Origin: an uncultured virus (IMG/VR IMGVR_UViG_3300037225_000744)
Lineage: Duplodnaviria; Heunggongvirae; Uroviricota; Caudoviricetes
IMG/VR virus record: IMGVR_UViG_3300037225_000744
Length of the DNA: 64,000 nt
Direction: 5' to 3' (one strand)
In this document: positions 40,737-50,217 of the stretch, in pieces
Numbering within the stretch: the first letter of the stretch is position 1
Layout: each line of letters starts with the position of its first letter
Position numbers and translations under genes: made by a program
The notes under the pieces: generated by a model
Database searches by the model: none
Told to the model about the DNA's origin: nothing
The model's input: only the letters and a program-made list of their open reading frames with translations

Positions 40737-41903
40737 ATGAAGAATAAATGCCCTATTTGTAACTCAACGAATTTAGAACAATTATATCATCAAGATTTTA
40801 ATAATATAGGAATTTCTATTATGAAATCGTATGATGTAGTAAGATGTGAGCATTGCAATTTTATATTTGCTGATAATTTACCATCTCAAGGTGAATTTAA
40901 TTTTTATTATGAAAAAATGTCTAAATGGGAACAAGTTAATTTAGATAATGAATCTGAAAATAATTTGAAGTATAAAAAGCACTTTGAAGATATGCTTTAT
41001 TTTATTTTACCTTATTCAAAAAATAGAGATATAAAAATATTAGATATAGGATGTAGTACAGGAGGGTTTTTAAATGAGTTTAAGAATCAAGGATATAAAA
41101 ATTTATTAGGATTAGATCCTTCTGAAAATTGTATAAAAATTACTAAACAGCTATATGATATAAATGGCGTAGCAAATAATATATTTTTATTTAATACAAG
41201 AGAGTATTATGATTTAATAACTTGTTCAGCTGTTTTGGAGCATATAGTAGATGTTAATGAATTTATAAAAAAATGTAGTAGTTTATTAGCAGAGGATGGA
41301 ATTTTATTTATAGAAGTTCCTAATGCAAATAAATTTAAAGATTATGTATATACTCCTTTTCAACAATTTTCAATAGAGCATATACAATATTTTACTATTA
41401 ACTCATTGCAAAATTTATTATCTAAAAATAATTTTAAAATAATAGAGTACAAAGAAACAGAACATGTATTAAATAATACAATTGATCCTAGTATTTTTGT
41501 CATAGCTAAAAAAATTAATAAGAAAAATATTCAAACAATAGTAAAAGATAGTGAAAATATATATGCAATAAAACAATATATTAATAGAAGTATGTATGAA
41601 GAAGGAATAATAAAAGAACGAATTAAGAATAAGATAAAAAGTACAGAAAAAATTATAGTATGGGGTACAGGTACATTTTTATTATATATATTAAAAGATA
41701 CTTTTGATATGTCTAAAATATTGTACTTTGTTGATTCTAATATAAAAATTCAAGGTAAGGAAATAGAAGGTATAATAATTAAAAAACCAGAAGATATAAA
41801 AGAAGATGCCCCTATTTTTATCTCTAGTTATGCTTTTAAAGATGAAATAACAAATATTATTTGGAATAAATTAAAATTAAAAAATAGTGTTATAACATTA
41901 TGA
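40737..41903 (+). CDS. Class I SAM methyltransferase with Zn site and C-terminal Rossmann-like domain (sugar methyltransferase-like)
   Basis: CPIC/CEHC, LDIGCSTG, VLEH, IEVPN, VWGTG. Confidence 0.85.
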   Translation: MKNKCPICNSTNLEQLYHQDFNNIGISIMKSYDVVRCEHCNFIFADNLPSQGEFNFYYEKMSKWEQVNLDNESENNLKYKKHFEDMLYFILPYSKNRDIKILDIGCSTGGFLNEFKNQGYKNLLGLDPSENCIKITKQLYDINGVANNIFLFNTREYYDLITCSAVLEHIVDVNEFIKKCSSLLAEDGILFIEVPNANKFKDYVYTPFQQFSIEHIQYFTINSLQNLLSKNNFKIIEYKETEHVLNNTIDPSIFVIAKKINKKNIQTIVKDSENIYAIKQYINRSMYEEGIIKERIKNKIKSTEKIIVWGTGTFLLYILKDTFDMSKILYFVDSNIKIQGKEIEGIIIKKPEDIKEDAPIFISSYAFKDEITNIIWNKLKLKNSVITL

Positions 41904-42943
41904 AGAAACAGATAAAAGAAGATCTATTATATCTAATAAACAGTAGTATTGTTTGGTTTAAATTTAAAAATGCTACATTTTTAATTACGGGCGCAAATGG
42001 AATGATTGCTACTTATATTATATATTTATTAATGGAATTAAATAAGGTGTTTTCTCAATACAATATAAAAGTAATAGCTCAAGTAAGAAATAGAAAAAGA
42101 GCAGAAGAAAAATTTAAACAATATTTAGATTTACCTAATTTTGCTATATGTTCTAGAGATTTAAGTGAAAATTTATATTTTCATGTTGATTATATTATAC
42201 ATGCTGCAAGCCCAGCAACCTCATCTTTATTTAATATAGAACCTTTAAATGTAATAAATGCAAATGTAATAGCAACAAAATATTTATTAGACTTAGCAGT
42301 AGAAGAAAAAATTAAAGGATTTTTATTTCTAAGTACAGGAGGTGTATCAGGTAAAGTAGATAAAGAAATAATTACAGAAGATGATTATGGTGTTTTAAAT
42401 CTTTTGGATGTAAATAATGTATATATAGAAAGTAAGAGAATGGGTGAAATGTTATGTAGATGCTATACACATCAATTCAATCTAGATACATATATAGCTA
42501 GAATTGATCATACTTATGGCCCTTCTTTAGATCTGAGTAATGATAATAGAGTATTTGCTGATTTTATAAATTGTATTTTACATCATAGAGATATAAAAAT
42601 AAAAAGTGATGGGCAAGGTATTCGCACTTTCACCTATATTACAGATTGTATAGAAGGATTATTTAGAATATTATCTCTTGGTAAAGCAGGAGAAGCATAC
42701 AATGTATCTAATAATGATTGTAAGACTATTATAAAAGATTTAGCAATTAAATTGATAAAAATGTATCCTGAAAGAAATCTTGCTGTTAAATGTGGGGAAG
42801 GAAATTTTACTAATATTTATAGCGACGATTTAAGACCATCTTTAAGTACTAAAAAAATTGAAGAACTAGGGTATAAAGCAAAAATAGGAATTGAAGAAGG
42901 ATTTAAACGAACTATAGATAGTTTTATGGAGGAGAATGAATAG
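41900..42943 (+). CDS. NAD-dependent nucleotide-sugar epimerase/dehydratase
   Basis: ITGANGMIA, HAASPA, YIESK, TYGP, RTFTY. Confidence 0.92.
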   Translation: MKKQIKEDLLYLINSSIVWFKFKNATFLITGANGMIATYIIYLLMELNKVFSQYNIKVIAQVRNRKRAEEKFKQYLDLPNFAICSRDLSENLYFHVDYIIHAASPATSSLFNIEPLNVINANVIATKYLLDLAVEEKIKGFLFLSTGGVSGKVDKEIITEDDYGVLNLLDVNNVYIESKRMGEMLCRCYTHQFNLDTYIARIDHTYGPSLDLSNDNRVFADFINCILHHRDIKIKSDGQGIRTFTYITDCIEGLFRILSLGKAGEAYNVSNNDCKTIIKDLAIKLIKMYPERNLAVKCGEGNFTNIYSDDLRPSLSTKKIEELGYKAKIGIEEGFKRTIDSFMEENE

Positions 42944-43867
42944 ATGAGAGAATATTTATTGGCCTTTCCTGGATATACTGGGAACTGTGGGGGAATTAGA
43001 TTTGGGCATAAACTTTGCCACATGCTCAATGAAAGAGGGTATAAAGCATATATAACTGGGGATTATACAAATCCATTATGGAATACACCAAAAGCAAAAG
43101 AATTATCCCAAGAAAAATTAAGAGATTTGCAACATAATGGTATTATTATTTATCCGGACATTATTCCGAATAACCCAGTTAATTTTACTCATTGTGTAAA
43201 ATGGTGGATGGGGAGTTCACAACTTAATCCTATTAATCAATTAGTTTTTTCTTTTTCTGAAATGCATGATGTTGTTTTCAAAAATGAAAATCATTTATTT
43301 ATTTGGGATGTAGAAGACTTTTTTAAAGACCCTGAGATAGAAAATAGGCATGGTAGTTGTGTGTATTCTGGAAAAGGTAATGGTATAGATAACGAACCAG
43401 TTCCAGAAACAGGTACAGCAACAGTTAGGGCTCCTGGATGCTACATGATTACTGCCGGTGATCCTCCTAATAGACAAGCACTAGCTAATTTATTAAAATC
43501 AGTAGAAGTAATGTACTGTTTCGATAATTTAACTTTTATGATGACCGAAGCAAGACTCTGTGGTGTACCTGTTATCCTTATAGGGCATAGAACAATACCA
43601 AGAGAAGATTTTATTAAGAAAGATGAATTTAGCCAATTTGGTATAGGTATGTACGAAGATAAACCTGATATTAAAAAGTTAAAAGCAGAGATTCCTTTAT
43701 TTAGAGAAGCATATCAAAAAAGAGTAGAAAAAACAGAAATAGAATTTAATAAATTTATTGAATTAACGCAATCTTGGAATCCTAATAATATATTTGTAGA
43801 AGATGTAGGACCTTTTCAGCCGACAATTTATGAGCACCCTAATTTTGAATTATTTAGAACTAGATAA
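42944..43867 (+). CDS. Putative glycosyltransferase (divergent GT-B-like)
   Basis: GGIR..HKLCHMLN, IYPD, YSGKG, EARLCGVPV; cluster context. Confidence 0.6.
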   Translation: MREYLLAFPGYTGNCGGIRFGHKLCHMLNERGYKAYITGDYTNPLWNTPKAKELSQEKLRDLQHNGIIIYPDIIPNNPVNFTHCVKWWMGSSQLNPINQLVFSFSEMHDVVFKNENHLFIWDVEDFFKDPEIENRHGSCVYSGKGNGIDNEPVPETGTATVRAPGCYMITAGDPPNRQALANLLKSVEVMYCFDNLTFMMTEARLCGVPVILIGHRTIPREDFIKKDEFSQFGIGMYEDKPDIKKLKAEIPLFREAYQKRVEKTEIEFNKFIELTQSWNPNNIFVEDVGPFQPTIYEHPNFELFRTR

Positions 43868-43872
43868 CTATA

Positions 43873-44439
43873 TTGGAGAATAAAATGGAAACAATTTTGC
43901 AAAGATATGAAAGAGTAAAAAATGAACCAAGAGATATAAGTGAACATTTAGAAACTCTTTATAATTATGCTTTAGAATGTGATTCAATTGTTGAATTAGG
44001 TGTCAATGAAGGAATTTCTACTACAGCATTTTGTTTAGCTTTAGGACATCAAAGGAATCAGAATAAAAAATTTACTAATGTAGATGTTCATATTACATCT
44101 ATGTTTCAAGATTTAATAAATATGTGTTATAATGAAGATATTCAAATGAATTTTATATTAGCAAATGATTTAGATATAGAAATTCCAGAATGTGATTTAC
44201 TCTTCATAGATACTTTGCATTGCTATGCCCAATTAGTAGAAGAATTAAAGTTGCATGGTAATAGAGCAAAAAAATATATTATATGTCATGATACAGAAAC
44301 ATTTGGTCAAGTAGGAATAGATGGTAGTATTCCAGGGTTGCAACAGGCTATAAATGAATTTATAGTGGATAATCCTCAATGGGATATAAAAATTAAATAT
44401 CCTAATTGCAATGGACTTACTATATTAGAAAGAAAATAA
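43873..44439 (+). CDS. SAM methyltransferase (Methyltransf_24-like)
   Basis: VELGV..GIST, DLLFIDTLH, ICHDT, NGLTIL. Confidence 0.85.
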   Translation: MENKMETILQRYERVKNEPRDISEHLETLYNYALECDSIVELGVNEGISTTAFCLALGHQRNQNKKFTNVDVHITSMFQDLINMCYNEDIQMNFILANDLDIEIPECDLLFIDTLHCYAQLVEELKLHGNRAKKYIICHDTETFGQVGIDGSIPGLQQAINEFIVDNPQWDIKIKYPNCNGLTILERK

Positions 44440-44489
44440 CATATAGTTTTAAAAAATAGTTTTATATATTATAATATAAGGAGATATAA

Positions 44490-45224
44490 ATGAAAAATAA
44501 ATATTTGCTTGCTACAAGTGCATATTCTAACCCAGATTTGTTAAAAAAATGTGTAGAAAGTTTTCCAGATTGGATTGATTATGTTGTATTCTTTGATGGT
44601 AAAAATTGGAAGAATGTTTTTAAAGATATATTAGATGATGGTATAGTTTGTTTTAATCATTTTAGTTTAGATCAACATGTTGGTGTTGGCGGTGCATGGA
44701 ACGAGTTATTGAAAGAAGCATTTGTTAAAAATGATTATGATGCTATTATTGTTGTTGGTTCAGATGTAGAATTTAAAGAAGGTTATTTGGAAGGGTATAT
44801 AAAAGATTTCGAAGATCAAAATTGTGGATTTAGCACCGCAAGGGGGCAAGGTTTTAATTGCTGGTGTATGACAAGAAAGTGTTATGAAACAGTAGGTGAG
44901 TTTGATTTGAACCTATTTCCAGCATATTATGATGACAACGACATTATGCAAAGAATAAGACTAGCTAAAGTAAAAATGGGAGATATAGGTAATTTTGATT
45001 TGATACTACATTGGGGTTCTGCTACTATAAGAAAAGAAAAGAAATATGAAATAGCAAATAATAATACTTTCCCAATGAATCAAAGATACTTTGTTAATAA
45101 GTGGGGCAATTTACCAGAAGGTCCTTATTATGATCATCCTTTTAATAACCCTAATTTAGGAATAAAAGATTGGGTGTTGAATAAAGAAGAATATGAATTG
45201 AAAAAGAGGTTTTGGGATGTTTAA
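44490..45224 (+). CDS. GT2-like glycosyltransferase
   Basis: GVGGAWN, VGEFD..FPAYYDDND, HWGSATI, YFVNKWG. Confidence 0.85.
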   Translation: MKNKYLLATSAYSNPDLLKKCVESFPDWIDYVVFFDGKNWKNVFKDILDDGIVCFNHFSLDQHVGVGGAWNELLKEAFVKNDYDAIIVVGSDVEFKEGYLEGYIKDFEDQNCGFSTARGQGFNCWCMTRKCYETVGEFDLNLFPAYYDDNDIMQRIRLAKVKMGDIGNFDLILHWGSATIRKEKKYEIANNNTFPMNQRYFVNKWGNLPEGPYYDHPFNNPNLGIKDWVLNKEEYELKKRFWDV

Positions 45225-45309
45225 ATTTACTGAATTAGAACTTGAAGGTTTAATATTAGTTGAATCTGATGTTCATAAAGATAATCGTGGTTATTTTATC
45301 CTCAACTGA
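45217..45309 (+). pseudogene. rfbC: dTDP-4-dehydrorhamnose 3,5-epimerase N-terminal fragment
   Basis: MFKFTELELEGLILVESDVHKDNRGYF, then interrupted by an IS scar. Confidence 0.75.
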
Positions 45310-45340
45310 AAACCCCCTGCTTTAGCTGGGGGTAATTCAA
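45300..45340 (+). mobile_element. 41-bp single-hairpin IS605-type scar
   Basis: Follows TTAT; AAAA, hairpin ccccctgctttagctggggg, then taattcaa. Confidence 0.75.
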
Positions 45341-45549
45341 ATATTAAATTAATGAGGTAATTAATGAAATCGATAACAATTACAAGATTAAAAGAATTGT
45401 ATGAAGGAAAACTATTTGCTAATATGATAGCATTAAGTAATGAAGTAGAGATAGGGTTAGATAAAGCTAAAGGATTTCTAAAATGTAATACTTTTGATGA
45501 TGCAGTAAAATATGTAAAGGAATTAAGCGTTGAGGTAACAGAGTAGCAT

Positions 45550-46290
45550 ATGAAAATAATTTCTAAATTTAAAGATTATTATGATTGTATTCAATCTTAT
45601 GGAATAGATGATAAGGTTAAATATATTCGTAAGGAGTCTAAAAAAACAATAGATTCTACGAGATCATTAGGTAGAGGATTATTTAGAGATGATGAATATT
45701 TTTATGATACTGAGATAGATAAAATTAGTTGGCATGGGTTTATTATAGGTGTATGTGGTCAACTATATAGAGGTGTATCTATTTCTGCACCTACTACATC
45801 TGACTATTCAATAGATATGAAAGGAGTTAAAAATAAATTTATTTGTTTTTATAACACTACTCAAATAGAAAATTACTATATTAATCATTTTGATAATTAT
45901 AAAAAAACACAAATGTTTCAAGTTAAGTGCCTTTCTTTTTACAGGAAAAGTGACACATTATTTGAAGATTTTAAAAATACTTTTAATATGAAAATAGATA
46001 AACAATATTATGATTATTTTATAAAGTATAAAGTACCTGTATTTAGTATACATCGAGATTTTAATAATAATCACAGTAATGTTGTTTTAAATTTAAATTG
46101 CCCTTTATCAAAGTATCAATTTCAAAAGGTAAAACAACCTTATGAGATATATCAAGAAATTTATCAGTATATAAGCGGGGTACTAGGAGTAGGAGAACCT
46201 CAAATAATTACTTTAACTGATAAAGATAAAATACAAAAGAAAGGTTTTGATAAATGGAGTTTTAGAAAAATGCCTATAAAGAAGAAATAA
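45550..46290 (+). CDS. Hypothetical phage protein
   Basis: MKIISKFKDYYD...KGFDKWSFRK; clean 246-aa ORF. Confidence 0.7.
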   Translation: MKIISKFKDYYDCIQSYGIDDKVKYIRKESKKTIDSTRSLGRGLFRDDEYFYDTEIDKISWHGFIIGVCGQLYRGVSISAPTTSDYSIDMKGVKNKFICFYNTTQIENYYINHFDNYKKTQMFQVKCLSFYRKSDTLFEDFKNTFNMKIDKQYYDYFIKYKVPVFSIHRDFNNNHSNVVLNLNCPLSKYQFQKVKQPYEIYQEIYQYISGVLGVGEPQIITLTDKDKIQKKGFDKWSFRKMPIKKK

Positions 46291-46770
46291 TTTTTAAGGA
46301 GGTTTAAAATGATAACTATTACAAAAGAAGAATATGATACTTTAAAAGAGGACGCTTTATTTCTTAGAGCATTAGAAAGAGCGGGTGTAGATAATTGGGA
46401 AGGATATGATGATGCATTAGATATACTTGAAAAGATAAAAATATGAAGAGTAGTGGTAATTGTACAGAATTTAAACCAATAGCTGTGGGTGATTCTCATA
46501 GCATACAACACTTATGTTCTAATTGTGATTTTCCTAAAGAAGATACTCTAACGTTAGATATGAAGTATTGTTTTAATTGTGGTTGTAAGTTAGATTGGAG
46601 CGATTATGAGGAAAAGAAATGAAATGTCCTTATTGTGGTAGTTATTTAAACATTATATATACAGCAACAAGTTTTAGATATATAGATACGTGTTGTTGCA
46701 GAATGTATAATTATATAATTTATATGAATAGAAGTAATACTAATAGTTCAGTTTAAAAAGGAGAAATAAA

Positions 46771-47463
46771 ATGAAATTAGAAATTAAGGATAACAAAAAT
46801 TATTGCGCTACAGTAATTAAAATTGAAAATACTATTCCTTTAGAGAATTGTGATAATATAATTGGGACTAGTATTTTTGGTAATCATGTTATTGTATCTA
46901 AAGATACTCAGATAGGAGATATAGGATTATTCTTTCCTGTTGAAACTCAATTGCTACCAGAATTTTTAAAACCTAATAATCTATATAGAGATAAAGTATT
47001 AAATGGTAATGCAGAAAAAGCAGGATTTTTTGAAATAAAAGGCAGAGTGAAATGTATGAAGTTTAGAGGGTATAAATCGGAAGGATTTTTTATTCCTTTA
47101 GACTCTATTCAATGCATAGCAAAATATACAGATGGTGGATTTAAAATAGGAGATGAATTTGATACTATTGATAATGTTCAAATTTGTAAAAAATATTTAG
47201 TTGTTAAAAGCCAACCAATGTCTAGAGGAGAAAGATTAAATAGAAGGTTAAAAATAATATCTAGATTAATAGATAACCAATTTAGATTTCACTTGGACAC
47301 CGAGCAATTGGGAAAGAATATTTATAAAGTAAAAGAAGACGCTCTAATAAGTTTGAGCTACAAAATTCATGGAACTAGTTTTATAGTTTCTAATATTCTA
47401 TGTAAAAGAAAATTGACTTTCATAGAAAAAATTTTTATATATTTAAGGAGAATATGTGAATAA
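46771..47463 (+). CDS. RNA ligase, N-terminal part (OB-like domain plus motif I)
   Basis: GRVKCMKFRGYKSEG, FRFHLDT, KIHGTS. Confidence 0.85.
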   Translation: MKLEIKDNKNYCATVIKIENTIPLENCDNIIGTSIFGNHVIVSKDTQIGDIGLFFPVETQLLPEFLKPNNLYRDKVLNGNAEKAGFFEIKGRVKCMKFRGYKSEGFFIPLDSIQCIAKYTDGGFKIGDEFDTIDNVQICKKYLVVKSQPMSRGERLNRRLKIISRLIDNQFRFHLDTEQLGKNIYKVKEDALISLSYKIHGTSFIVSNILCKRKLTFIEKIFIYLRRICE

Positions 47464-48086
47464 TACTAGTCAACTACCTTGAAGCTAAAGACTTTAAGGC
47501 TTGAACCGTGAGGTTCAACGTAAGATGTTGATTAGAGGGCTTAACTTAAATCCAAAGGAGTTTAAGGAATGCAGAAGTTAGAAAAGAGAAAAGTCAACAC
47601 ACCATGGAATGCTTCACAAGTTCCATGCAACTGTGGTTTGCAATTAAACAGAGACAAAACTTCATATCCTAAATTGATGCTCAGTGTTGCAAGCAAAAAA
47701 ACCTTTTCTAACAACCTCGATGTGAATCAAGCCGTTTCTTTGAAAACGGACCCTTTACCGGTGAAGAGTGAGATACTCTGAAGTGGGTGCAAGCCCCACA
47801 AATTTTAAAAAATTGGGTTTCATCCACGAAGCTAAAGACTTCGTGGTTTTCACCCGGAGATTTTTATAAAAAGAAAACTGAGAAACTTAAACAAAATATA
47901 GCTAAAGCACACATAGGTAAAAAGAAATCATTAGATTCTATATTAAAATCTGCTGAAGGACATAAAAATATAAAACATATGACTAATGGTATTGAAGGAA
48001 AATTAGTTAAAAAAGAAGATATAGATTTATATATTAGTAAAGGATGGATATTTAAAAGAATAACTTATAAGGATAAAAATAAATGA
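47456..48086 (+). pseudogene. Homing-endonuclease-derived NUMOD3-like mini-gene interrupted by I3
   Basis: Removing I3 gives GTG-NNTNKKKTEKLKQNIAKAHIGKKKS...MTNG...ISKGW. Confidence 0.6.
47469..47865 (+). mobile_element. omegaRNA-only IscB derivative I3 (397 bp)
   Basis: Both ends resemble I1; omegaRNA blocks present; no iscB; ATAAA at 47866. Confidence 0.9.
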
Positions 48087-48793
48087 ATATAATTAAAAAT
48101 TTTTTATTAAAAATTATTCCTAAAGTAGAAGAATTTGAGTATGATACAATATGGGCATCTCGTAAAGTAATAAAAAATCAATATTTAAATCCAAATGCTA
48201 ATCATTATTATGATGAAGATATTTGGGGAACTGTAAAAGATGAATTAAAATCTTATTTACAAAAAGGAATAACTATCTATGGAGAAGTAGCAGGGTATTT
48301 AAAATCTGGTAAAGAGATTCAATCCGGGTATGATTATGGGTGTAAACCAGTTGAGCATAAAATATTTGTATATCGAATTACCTACACAAATTCAGAAGGA
48401 AGAGTCTTTGAATTTAGTGCAAAACAAGTTCAGCAATGGTGTAAACAAAACGGGCTAAATGCTGTTCCTGAATTATGGTATGGAACTGCTAAAGATTTAT
48501 ATTTTATATTATTTGATAAGTATATAGGCAAAAAATTAAACGCACCTTATTTTATAGAATATAATCAAAGAGATTTTTTAGATCTTCTTTCTAAAGAATA
48601 TTTAGAAGGAAAATGTCATCTTTGCAATAAAGATGTACCAGCAGAAGGAATAGTATTAAGAATAGAAAAATTAGATTTTGAAGCTTACAAATTAAAATCT
48701 TTTGCATTTCGAGAAAGAGAAACTAAACTTCTTGATAAAGGGATTGAAGACATAGAAGAAAATCAAAATGAATCTGAAGGAGATAATATATGA
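48083..48793 (+). CDS. RNA ligase, C-terminal part
   Basis: ASRKVIKN, IYGEVAG, FVYRIT, EGIVLR, YKLKS. Confidence 0.85.
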   Translation: MNIIKNFLLKIIPKVEEFEYDTIWASRKVIKNQYLNPNANHYYDEDIWGTVKDELKSYLQKGITIYGEVAGYLKSGKEIQSGYDYGCKPVEHKIFVYRITYTNSEGRVFEFSAKQVQQWCKQNGLNAVPELWYGTAKDLYFILFDKYIGKKLNAPYFIEYNQRDFLDLLSKEYLEGKCHLCNKDVPAEGIVLRIEKLDFEAYKLKSFAFRERETKLLDKGIEDIEENQNESEGDNI

Positions 48794-49080
48794 AGGTTAT
48801 AATGTTAATGGGCTTACAGGCTTCAGGTAAATCTACTTGGGCTAAACAGTTTGTAAAAGAAAATCAGAGTTATAAAAGAATATGTCGAGATGATTACCGT
48901 CATATGCTCAGTTCGTATACCTTTAACAATAAAAATGAAGAACTTGTAGAATGTTGTATACGAAATTCAATACTTCTTTTATTGAATAAAAACTATAATA
49001 TTGTAATTGATGAGATGCACTTGAATAAAGATAATTTAGTTAAACAACTAGTAAAAGAAATAGAGAAAATAAAAGATTGA
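48790..49080 (+). CDS. Truncated polynucleotide kinase (P-loop)
   Basis: GLQASGKSTWA, RDDYR, IVIDEMHL; only 96 aa. Confidence 0.75.
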   Translation: MKVIMLMGLQASGKSTWAKQFVKENQSYKRICRDDYRHMLSSYTFNNKNEELVECCIRNSILLLLNKNYNIVIDEMHLNKDNLVKQLVKEIEKIKD

Positions 49081-49095
49081 ATTAAGGAGAAAAAT

Positions 49096-49878
49096 ATGCT
49101 TACTGAAGAACAATGTTTTAAATGTCTCGCTAGTGGTAACCCCTGTATTCACAGAGATTGTAAATATTTGAAGAAGGAGAAAAAGACGAATATATTCAAT
49201 TGTTACACCTGTAGTTATTATAACTGCTACAATGGGGCATATAATTTTGATTCTTGCGAAGCATGTAAAAAAAGTATAAAGGTTAATAAAAATTATATCG
49301 AAATAACAGATGAACCAACAGAAGAAATATTATATGATTATTCTATGATAGCTGATTTAGTTGATAAATATGCTTATAATTGTGAAGAAGGTAAAAATGG
49401 GTTAAAATGGTTTGTACAAAAATTTGGTAATACTAAAATATCTAAAAATGAAATATTACTCTGTTTAGATAAACTTCAAAAAGCAAGAGAAATTAATAAT
49501 CATACTACAGAAGAAAATAAAAAATGGATGAATGAATGCTATGTATTTATGGATTGGATAAAACAATATATTCCAGATACTATACAAGATAGTAACAAAG
49601 TTTATTATAAAGATGTAAATTATGATAATTACAACTTTTTCGTTTGCATAACAGGCATTGGGGAAATTTGGTTAGCGAGCTTTATAAAGGCAAACGATTA
49701 TAGATGGGTAAATTATAATTTAGGATGTGGAGGGGATACTTCTTCTAAAAGTATAATATATCTTATATCTGGATGTTTTGAAAATGGTCTTGCCCCTCAA
49801 GCAGTTTATGGATTTAAAACTTATGAAGATATGATTGAATTTTTATATATTAAGAGTAAGGAGAAAAAAGATGTTTAA
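49096..49878 (+). CDS. Hypothetical protein with Cys-rich N-terminus
   Basis: ORF track; RBS. Confidence 0.6.
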   Translation: MLTEEQCFKCLASGNPCIHRDCKYLKKEKKTNIFNCYTCSYYNCYNGAYNFDSCEACKKSIKVNKNYIEITDEPTEEILYDYSMIADLVDKYAYNCEEGKNGLKWFVQKFGNTKISKNEILLCLDKLQKAREINNHTTEENKKWMNECYVFMDWIKQYIPDTIQDSNKVYYKDVNYDNYNFFVCITGIGEIWLASFIKANDYRWVNYNLGCGGDTSSKSIIYLISGCFENGLAPQAVYGFKTYEDMIEFLYIKSKEKKDV

Positions 49879-50217
49879 AAATACTAAAAAATTATTTACA
49901 CTAATAGATGATCAAAATAAAGTTATAGAAAAATTAACTAATAACATTAAAAATTTAGAATCTAAAACTAATAATTTAGCAGATAGTATAAGTAGATTAA
50001 ATTTTATGAATGAATACCCTCCCAAATTTAAAAAAGGAGATATAGTTACAATTATTGACTCAGATACTAATAAAAAATATAAAGTAATAAATTCTTATTT
50101 AGAAACTGAAACTAGTTGGTTTAATTGCTTAAAAAGAATATATAAAGTTTATGATGAAACAAATATAGATGTGTATTGTATTTGGGAAGAAAATTTAAAA
50201 TTATTTGAGGATAAAAA

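Noticed and set aside
47787..47865. N-terminus of the 47787..48086 ORF
   Set aside because: Derived from the I3 right end; the original start is GTG at 47456
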